From assembly GCA_048616715.1 (NCBI GenBank), contig JBMCIT010000001.1, positions 1 through 33,625 of the forward strand: 33,625 nucleotides of DNA, read 5' to 3'. Positions 26,703 to 33,625 of the stretch are shown piece by piece. The DNA is from Tangfeifania sp. GTDB taxonomy: Bacteria > Bacteroidota > Bacteroidia > Bacteroidales > Prolixibacteraceae. The notes under the pieces are model-generated. The model was given only the letters and a program-made list of their open reading frames with translations. It was not told the origin of the DNA and searched no databases. Numbering within the stretch: position 1 is the stretch's first letter; each line of letters starts with the position of its first letter. The position numbers were made by a program, and so were the translations under genes.

Positions 26703-27656
26703 TTATAAAAATCTAACACTTTTATATTTTTTGTTCCGGTCCCGCTCCAAATCAATTGAATAGCTGATAAAAATTTCGTGTGAAGCAAAACCATAATATC
26801 CGATAGCTGATGTTACCAGATCAAATGAATACCCAATTTTTAAACCGTTTTCCATTTCCATCCCCATCAAAAGCGCCACTGCGTCGTTAACACGGTAGGA
26901 AAGGCCGCCCCAAAAACGCTCGTCGTACACTACGTTAGTGTTTACATCCACCTGCCATCCGGCCAGATCGGTTTTAAACAGAAACGAAGGTCGTAACTCA
27001 AATAACGGGTCGCCAAGTTTAATATTGTATCCCCCCATTAAATAATAGTGCCTGGCCAGATAAGTGGTCACCTGATCGGCGTATTCCAATTCTGCCTGGT
27101 TTATATGAGTTACTGATGCGCCAAGAAAATAACGGTTTGAAGTAAGATACAATCCGCCTCCGGCATCAAATGCCATCTGGCTGGCTTCGCCCTGTGGAAT
27201 AAGCGGATCCGATTCAGGCTGGGTGTAAAGGCCAAAGCCATCGTCATCCGGAATTTCCCATTCACCGTTAATGCTCATGCTGAAAACTCCGAGTGAAACT
27301 CCAATACCTAATGTTCCGATATCCAGGTCTGCTTTGTAGGCATAATTGGCATTGATGGTTGTATTTTCGTAAAACCCCCATCCATCGCTAATAATATTTA
27401 GCCCGAGACCGCCGGGTGTTCCAAAAGCATCAACCGCTGCATCAACACTGAAAACTAGTGTTTTGGGTGCTCCCGGAAAACCTTCCCACTGGAAACGGTT
27501 CAAAATGATACCATTTATGGCATCTTCTGCCCCCGCATAGCCGGGGTTCATTCCCAATTTGTAATGCATATTGTTTGTAAATTGCGGATCATGCTGGCCC
27601 ATTGCCGCTAAATTAATTATAATCAGCAAATATAGAAAAGAAAATAATTTTTTCAT
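26703..27656 (-). CDS. porP: PorP/SprF-family T9SS outer-membrane barrel
   Basis: QHDPQFT, NPGYAG, RFQWEG, GAPKT, GYSFD, SHEI, terminal YKSVRFL. Start at 27656 (MKKLFSFL) preferred over 27692. Confidence 0.9.
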   Translation of the reverse strand: MKKLFSFLYLLIIINLAAMGQHDPQFTNNMHYKLGMNPGYAGAEDAINGIILNRFQWEGFPGAPKTLVFSVDAAVDAFGTPGGLGLNIISDGWGFYENTTINANYAYKADLDIGTLGIGVSLGVFSMSINGEWEIPDDDGFGLYTQPESDPLIPQGEASQMAFDAGGGLYLTSNRYFLGASVTHINQAELEYADQVTTYLARHYYLMGGYNIKLGDPLFELRPSFLFKTDLAGWQVDVNTNVVYDERFWGGLSYRVNDAVALLMGMEMENGLKIGYSFDLVTSAIGYYGFASHEIFISYSIDLERDRNKKYKSVRFL

Positions 27657-27773
27657 ACTCCTCAATGGATGCGGCTTAAACATTTTAATCAATCCAGGCT
27701 AAAGAAATAAAAAATTGTTGTTTGTAACAAACATCTCATAACATGGTATGCAAAGAACGCAATCATTTTTTGA

Positions 27774-28931
27774 TTATTTTGATATCCCATCCATTTTTTG
27801 AATATAATCCAGCCATTTACCCGGAATTTCATTGGATGAAGCCACCTTGTAATCGTCTTCAGAGCAGGCAAAATGGGCTGTTTCGCCAGCCATTGAATTT
27901 ATTTCGAACCACCACCGGTTGGTTTCCGGTTCATGAAAAAACACAAGGGGCTGATCCATTTCATCAATTTCAACCTTATAAACGATTTTATTCTCTTTGT
28001 TAAAGTCCGCACATCCTTTCCTGGTAACACACCCTTCCAAAAAATACCAGATAATTTCGGCAGCGAGTTTAATCGTTGTACCTTGCACGTCATTTTCGGG
28101 AGCAGTGCCAAACAGGCCAAAAACCTTTAAACGGTCGCTCGATCCAGCATACCGCGATAACTGGCAGGCTTCTTCTCCACGCAAGCCGTTGGGGTTTTGC
28201 TGAGACGTACCCGGAGCCTCCGAGAATTTCAGGGCTCCCATGTCGAAAGACAGCACATCTGAGTTTCTCATCACAGGTTCAGCAAGCAAAAAATTAGATC
28301 TCAACATGCCAAGCCGTAAATGTTCTGCAATACCGGGTATTTTGTTAATAAGTTTTTCTCCAACCAAATGATTCTGATACCCCACCAGGCTAAACCCGAA
28401 AAGATTGGGAAGCTGTTTGAAAATGCGGGTTAAATAATTGCCCGAATGAAACGTTTCAACGCCCTTTTTTACATCGAGGATGGCGTCGACCGCAGTGAGT
28501 GAAAAAAAACGGTTGTTTTTAAAAGCTTCACAAATGCCGGTTGTTAAATCCTGGCTGCCGCCAATTACAACGATTGCAACTCCGAGTTCATTCAAATATT
28601 CAACAACATCGCGCAGGGCAAGGAAGGTTCCTTTCCGGCCGGAAGCGGGTTTTAAATCTCCCAAATCAGCAATATTCATCTTTGAATTTAATGCAGCCAG
28701 CCGGTAGAGTTCTTTACGGATTAAACCGGGAGCCAGTGCCGCGCCGGTTTCAACTTTACCGTTATCGGCCGGCACCCCAAAAATCACCACATTTGCCCTG
28801 GAAATATTCGAAACCGAAAGGTTTGTAGTGAATGCCCCGATATTATTCCCCAGGGAAAATTTTCCGACAGAATTTTCCAGGTCCGTGAACTGCGAAAAAT
28901 CAACCGGATCAAAATAATCAAAAACTTCCAT
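27774..28931 (-). CDS. Arginase/formimidoylglutamase-fold protein with degenerate metal site
   Basis: Ureohydrolase scaffold (IRKELY, IADLGD, GGSQDLT, SFD, NPNGL..EEACQ) plus a C-terminal RWW-containing extension. Confidence 0.8.
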   Translation of the reverse strand: MEVFDYFDPVDFSQFTDLENSVGKFSLGNNIGAFTTNLSVSNISRANVVIFGVPADNGKVETGAALAPGLIRKELYRLAALNSKMNIADLGDLKPASGRKGTFLALRDVVEYLNELGVAIVVIGGSQDLTTGICEAFKNNRFFSLTAVDAILDVKKGVETFHSGNYLTRIFKQLPNLFGFSLVGYQNHLVGEKLINKIPGIAEHLRLGMLRSNFLLAEPVMRNSDVLSFDMGALKFSEAPGTSQQNPNGLRGEEACQLSRYAGSSDRLKVFGLFGTAPENDVQGTTIKLAAEIIWYFLEGCVTRKGCADFNKENKIVYKVEIDEMDQPLVFFHEPETNRWWFEINSMAGETAHFACSEDDYKVASSNEIPGKWLDYIQKMDGISK

Positions 28932-28949
28932 GCAATTAATTTTCGGATA

Positions 28950-28984
28950 AAAATAAAGGCAAATGATTAAATCACCTGCCTTTT
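28950..28984 (-). terminator. Rho-independent terminator of topA
   Basis: Minus strand AAAGGCAGGTGAT-TTA-ATCATTTGCCTTT (two G-U pairs) followed by a U-rich tract. Confidence 0.7.
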
Positions 28985-28988
28985 CAAA

Positions 28989-31328
28989 TTATTTCTTTTT
29001 TCTTGCTCTTCCCGGTTTGGAAGGGGGGGCCTTGTCAATTATCTTTTTGCAGTCTTCCAGTGTCAGTTCTCCGGCTTTCATTTTTTTCGGAATTTTATAA
29101 TTCCTCTTTTTGTAAGAAATATAAGGTCCCCAGCGGCCGTTTAGCACTTTTAAATCAGGTTCTTCATCAAAAGTTTTAATAACCGCCTTCCGGTCTTTTT
29201 CCCGTTTTGCTTCAATTAATTCAATTGCTTTATCCAGCTCAACTGTAAACGGGTCGTATTCTTTTCCGAGTGATACAAATTTATTGTCGTGCCGCACATA
29301 CGGCCCGAAACGTCCGATATTCACCGTTACTTTTTTGCCTTCGTATTCACCCAGTTCGCGTGGTAACTTAAATAACTCGAGCGCATCTTCAAGCGTAATG
29401 GTTTCCAGGTGCTGCCCCGTGCGGAGGCTGGCAAACTGCGGCTTTTCTTCGTTCGACTCCGATGAAGCCTCGCCAAGCTGGGCCACAGGTCCGTATCTTC
29501 CGATTTTTACCGAAACCTGCTTGCCGGTTTTCGGGTCGGTACCCAGAACACGTTCGCCTTTCGAGCGCTCCGAATTCTCGAGCACATCTTCCACTTTGCT
29601 GTGGAAAGGTTTGTAAAATTCATCGATCATTTCATTCCAAACCTTTTCCCCCCCGGCAATTTCATCAAAATCTTTTTCAACACGGGCGGTAAAATTGTAG
29701 TCCATGATTTGCTTGAAATTATCCTTCAGGAAATCAGTCACCACCATACCCACATCGGTGGGAAAAAGTTTTGATTTTTCAGTCCCGGTTATTTCAGTTT
29801 TTTTCTTTTCTGAAACAGTATCTTTTTTCAGGGTAAGCACATCAAACTCACGCTCGGTTCCCGGCCTGTCCTCTTTTACCACATAATTCCGGTTTTGAAT
29901 AGTGGTAATGGTTGGAGCATAAGTTGAAGGCCGGCCGATTCCAAGCTCCTCCAGTTTTTTCACAAGCGAAGCTTCTGTATACCGTGGCGGACGCTGCGAG
30001 AATCGCTGGGTAGCCACAATTTCGGACATGCGCAGTTCGTCGTTCGCTTTTAAAGGCGGAATAATGTCCTGGGCAATACTGTTGTTTCCGTTTTCATCGT
30101 CGGTCGATTCCATGTAAACCTTCAGGAAACCGTCAAAAATCAGGACCTCGCCGGTTGCCACAAATTTTTCAGGTGCAGAGGAAACAGTAATATTCACCGT
30201 AGTTTTTTCCAGTTTTGCATCGGCCATTTGCGAGGCAATGGTCCTCTTCCAGATAAGTTCGTACAAACGTTTCTCCTGGTTCGGGCCCTCCACCGTTTCA
30301 TTGTTCATATAAGTTGGACGAATGGCTTCGTGCGCTTCCTGTGCTCCTTTCGATTTTGTATGGTATTTTCTGATTTTCACATATTCTTCGCCATGCAAAT
30401 CAATAATTTTTTGCTTTGCAGTATTGATTGCCAAACCCGAAAGATTTACCGAGTCGGTACGCATGTAAGTTATCCTACCATTTTCGTACAAACGTTGTGC
30501 AACTGCCATGGTTTGCGAAACCGAAAAACCCAGTTTCCGGCTGGCTTCCTGTTGCAGCGTGGAAGTTGTAAATGGCATGGCCGGTGAACGCTTCGTGGGT
30601 TTTTTGGATACATCGCTAACCGTAAATTCGGCACCCTGGCATCTTTTCAGAAAGTCAAGCGCTTCGTTTTTTGTTGAAAACCTTTTTGAAAGATCTGCTT
30701 TCAAATCCGAGGTATTTCCTTCTTCATCGGTAACAATAAAACTGGCCGTAACCCGGTAATTCGTTTCACTTTTAAAGTTGATGATTTCCCGTTCGCGCTC
30801 AACGATTAAACGCACGGCAACTGATTGCACCCGGCCTGCTGAAAGCGAGGGTTTTACTTTCTTCCATAAAACCGGCGACACTTCAAAACCTACAATGCGG
30901 TCGAGCACGCGACGGGCCTGCTGGGCATTCACAAGGTTGTCGTCGATGGAACGCGGATTTTTAATTGCCCGCTGAATGGCATCCTCAGTAATTTCATGAA
31001 AAACAATGCGTTTGGTTTTCGACGGATCGAGTTTCAGCACTTCTTTTAAATGCCATGCTATGGCTTCTCCCTCACGGTCTTCATCGGATGCGAGCCAGAC
31101 TGTATCAGCATCTTTTGCCAGCTTTTTCAGCTCCGTTACTATCTTCTTCTTGTCCGGGGTAACAACATATTTGGGTTGATAATCGTTTTCCAAATCTATT
31201 CCAAAATCCTTTTTCTGAAGATCACGGACATGCCCCATACACGAGGTGACATGGTAACCGTTCCCCAGAAATTTTTCTATGGTTTTTGCTTTTGCCGGTG
31301 ACTCTACAATTACGAGGTTTTCTTGCAT
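28989..31328 (-). CDS. topA: DNA topoisomerase I
   Basis: Toprim VIVESPAK and DEDREGE; SAGRVQS; catalytic ITYMRTDS; C-terminal GR(Y/F/W)GP repeats and Lys-rich tail. Confidence 0.98.
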   Translation of the reverse strand: MQENLVIVESPAKAKTIEKFLGNGYHVTSCMGHVRDLQKKDFGIDLENDYQPKYVVTPDKKKIVTELKKLAKDADTVWLASDEDREGEAIAWHLKEVLKLDPSKTKRIVFHEITEDAIQRAIKNPRSIDDNLVNAQQARRVLDRIVGFEVSPVLWKKVKPSLSAGRVQSVAVRLIVEREREIINFKSETNYRVTASFIVTDEEGNTSDLKADLSKRFSTKNEALDFLKRCQGAEFTVSDVSKKPTKRSPAMPFTTSTLQQEASRKLGFSVSQTMAVAQRLYENGRITYMRTDSVNLSGLAINTAKQKIIDLHGEEYVKIRKYHTKSKGAQEAHEAIRPTYMNNETVEGPNQEKRLYELIWKRTIASQMADAKLEKTTVNITVSSAPEKFVATGEVLIFDGFLKVYMESTDDENGNNSIAQDIIPPLKANDELRMSEIVATQRFSQRPPRYTEASLVKKLEELGIGRPSTYAPTITTIQNRNYVVKEDRPGTEREFDVLTLKKDTVSEKKKTEITGTEKSKLFPTDVGMVVTDFLKDNFKQIMDYNFTARVEKDFDEIAGGEKVWNEMIDEFYKPFHSKVEDVLENSERSKGERVLGTDPKTGKQVSVKIGRYGPVAQLGEASSESNEEKPQFASLRTGQHLETITLEDALELFKLPRELGEYEGKKVTVNIGRFGPYVRHDNKFVSLGKEYDPFTVELDKAIELIEAKREKDRKAVIKTFDEEPDLKVLNGRWGPYISYKKRNYKIPKKMKAGELTLEDCKKIIDKAPPSKPGRARKKK

Positions 31329-31484
31329 AAGTTTGTGTTCCTTTCTAAAAAAATTTCTGCAAATTAAAGAAAATGAATCGCTAAGTTCAAAATTTCTTTT
31401 ATTTATTTATTGCTACTGTTTTGATAATGACGAATTTATTTTTTCATTTTTAAAATATTTCCATGTTACAGAACGTTAAAAAAA

Positions 31485-31514
31485 TTGCAGCCAGCATAGA
31501 AAGCTATATATTTG
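31485..31514 (+). promoter_or_regulatory. Promoter of the PBP1A gene
   Basis: TTG (31485-31487) - 19 bp - TATATTTG (31507-31514), matching the Bacteroidota -33/-7 consensus. Confidence 0.6.
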
Positions 31515-31536
31515 CACAATATTTAATTTGATATAA

Positions 31537-33625
31537 ATGACCGAAAATAATAACAGAAATTATAAAAAATACATCATCGGGTTTTGGTCAGTTATTTTAA
31601 TTGGCATACTGGCCGTTGTCCTGTTTTTTGTTTCCATTGCAAAAGGCTGGATGGGTTTTATGCCCTCTTTTGAAGAACTCGAAAACCCGCCAAATGTTCT
31701 TGCATCCGACATATATTCGTCCGACGGAAAAATTCTCGACAAATATTTTCTACGCGAGAACAGAACTTATGTCGATTACGAAAACCTTCCGCAGCATTTG
31801 ATCGATGCCCTCATTGCAACCGAAGATGTGCGGTTTTACAACCACTCGGGAATCGATTTACGCGGACTTTTTCGTGTGGCAAAAGGAATCATAACGGGAG
31901 ATACCAGTTCAGGGGGAGGAAGTACAATCAGCCAGCAACTCGCAAAAATGCTTTTCCCCCGATCCAGGTTGGAAAGTATGTGGGAACTGGTGTTCAGAAA
32001 ATTTAAAGAGTGGGTTATTGCCATAAAAATTGAACGCAGTTATACCAAAGAGGAAATCATTTTAATGTATCTGAACAAATACGATTTTCTGAACCTGGCA
32101 GTGGGAATTAAATCGGCCGCCAATGTGTATTTCAGCGTTCCTACAGATTCACTCCTGTTACACCAGTCTGCCATGTTGGTAGGTATGGCTAAAAACTCTT
32201 CGCTCTACAACCCGGTTCGCCGCCCGGAACTGGTGAAACAACGCCGCAACGTGGTACTGAACCAAATGGAAAAATACGGATACATTACAAAAGAAGTCAG
32301 GGATTCAGTAAAACAAATGCCGCTTGATTTGGATTACCACAAGGTAGATTACCGGATTGGCCCGGCTCCTTATTTTCGTGAATACCTGAGACTAACAATG
32401 ACTGCCGACAAACCCGCCAGAGAAGATTATGCTTCGTGGCAAACTCAAAAATTTATTGAAGACTCTGTGGAATGGGAAACCAATCCTTTATATGGCTGGT
32501 GCAATAAAAACATAAAACCTGACGGTGAAAATTATGATCTTTATAACGACGGATTGAAAATTTATTCCACAATCGATTCAAGGATGCAGCAATATGCGGT
32601 AGAATCGGTGCAGCAGCACCTTAAAAATGACCTTCAGCCGGAATTCGACGGTTCCATACAATACCTCGATAATCCGCCATTTGCCGACAACATGACCAAT
32701 GAGCAGGTTCAAAATCTGCTGGATCGGAAAATCAGGCGAAGTGAACGGTTCAGGGTATTACGTGAACAGGGGAAAACTGTTGAAGAAATAAAGGAAACGT
32801 TTAATGAACCGGTTGATATGACCATTTTCAGTTGGGAAGGTGAAATCGATACCGTAATGACACCGCTGGATTCCATCAAATGGTACCTGCGCTATTTCCG
32901 CTCTTCGTTTATGGCAATGGAAAATCACAGCGGCCAGGTTAAAGCCTACGTTGGCGGGCCCAATTACAAACATTTTATGTACGACATGGTGAAAGGCGGA
33001 AAACGCCAGGTGGGTTCCACGGTAAAACCGTTTCTTTACACACTTGCCATGCAAAACGGCCTTACTCCGTGTACAAAAGTTCCATACGTGAGCCAGCAGT
33101 TTCAATTGCCCGATGGTACAATCTGGGAACCCAAAGATGCTGAATACGACGAAGAAAACGAAGGAAAGCTGGTCACCCTAAAATGGGGACTGGCACAGTC
33201 GCGCAACAAAATTTCGGCCTGGGTAATGAAACAGTTCAACCCCCATGCAGTTACCGAAATCATGAAACGGATGGGCGTGTACAGTCCCATCGATCCTGTG
33301 TCTTCATTATTCCTTGGAACTTCGGATATAACGTTGTATGAAATGGTGGGTGCATTTAATACGTACGCCAACCAGGGCGTTTTTGTGAAACCTTATTTTG
33401 TTACCAGAATCGAAGACCAGCACGGAAACGTAATTGCTACTTTTCAGCCCGAGCGGAGGGAAGCTATCGACGAACAAACAGCTTTCCTGATGATTAACCT
33501 GTTGCAGGGTGTGATTGATCAGGGAACCGGTATCAGGCTAAGAAACCGCGAAGGCTATGGACAATTTGAAATGCCCATTGCCGGGAAAACAGGCACCACA
33601 CAAAACCACTCCGATGGCTGGTTCA
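31537..33625 (+). CDS. Class A penicillin-binding protein 1A (transglycosylase/transpeptidase), cut off at the 3' end by the window edge
   Basis: Not in the ORF track (no stop in window). ATG 31537 MTENNNRNYKK, TM helix, EDVRFYNHSG, GGGSTISQQLAK, then STVK, SRN and KTG motifs. Confidence 0.95.
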   Translation, partial: MTENNNRNYKKYIIGFWSVILIGILAVVLFFVSIAKGWMGFMPSFEELENPPNVLASDIYSSDGKILDKYFLRENRTYVDYENLPQHLIDALIATEDVRFYNHSGIDLRGLFRVAKGIITGDTSSGGGSTISQQLAKMLFPRSRLESMWELVFRKFKEWVIAIKIERSYTKEEIILMYLNKYDFLNLAVGIKSAANVYFSVPTDSLLLHQSAMLVGMAKNSSLYNPVRRPELVKQRRNVVLNQMEKYGYITKEVRDSVKQMPLDLDYHKVDYRIGPAPYFREYLRLTMTADKPAREDYASWQTQKFIEDSVEWETNPLYGWCNKNIKPDGENYDLYNDGLKIYSTIDSRMQQYAVESVQQHLKNDLQPEFDGSIQYLDNPPFADNMTNEQVQNLLDRKIRRSERFRVLREQGKTVEEIKETFNEPVDMTIFSWEGEIDTVMTPLDSIKWYLRYFRSSFMAMENHSGQVKAYVGGPNYKHFMYDMVKGGKRQVGSTVKPFLYTLAMQNGLTPCTKVPYVSQQFQLPDGTIWEPKDAEYDEENEGKLVTLKWGLAQSRNKISAWVMKQFNPHAVTEIMKRMGVYSPIDPVSSLFLGTSDITLYEMVGAFNTYANQGVFVKPYFVTRIEDQHGNVIATFQPERREAIDEQTAFLMINLLQGVIDQGTGIRLRNREGYGQFEMPIAGKTGTTQNHSDGWF

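Noticed and set aside
13714-28030. Isolated GTAACAC heptamers inside coding regions (near 13714, 14389, 21075, 28024)
   Set aside because: Single copies with no 21-bp partner that I could see; consistent with chance.
31537-33625. Apparent 2-kb gene-free region in the ORF track
   Set aside because: It is the PBP1A gene, omitted because its stop lies outside the window.

Overview
A 33.6-kb Bacteroidota chromosomal window; gene content and TAnnTTTG promoters suggest a Marinilabiliales/Prolixibacteraceae-like organism (inference). I see no mobile elements, RNA genes or CRISPR arrays. In order: a start-less open frame; a LolA-like exported protein; a decayed FNR-family oxidoreductase fragment missed by the ORF track; a secreted PHP phosphoesterase divergent from an amino-sugar operon (ROK repressor, NagB-like/LmbE fusion, nagB); znuACB; yidD; a ROK kinase; a peptidase-propeller-Omp85 protein divergent from a T9SS-secreted M1 aminopeptidase; a nikR-like gene plus TonB-dependent receptor; a Tat-exported TIM-barrel protein; the T9SS/gliding cluster (arginase-like, porP, gldK, gldL, gldM, gldN, second gldK); topA; and a PBP1A running off the end. 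Strongest leads: (1) a NikR homologue with all four nickel ligands substituted, with identically spaced GTAACAC-N14-GTAACAC repeats before itself and the receptor; (2) two gldK paralogues bracketing gldLMN that differ at a conserved Cys; (3) a NagB-LmbE fusion with degenerate deaminase catalytic residues next to an intact nagB. All family assignments come from motif recognition, not database searches.
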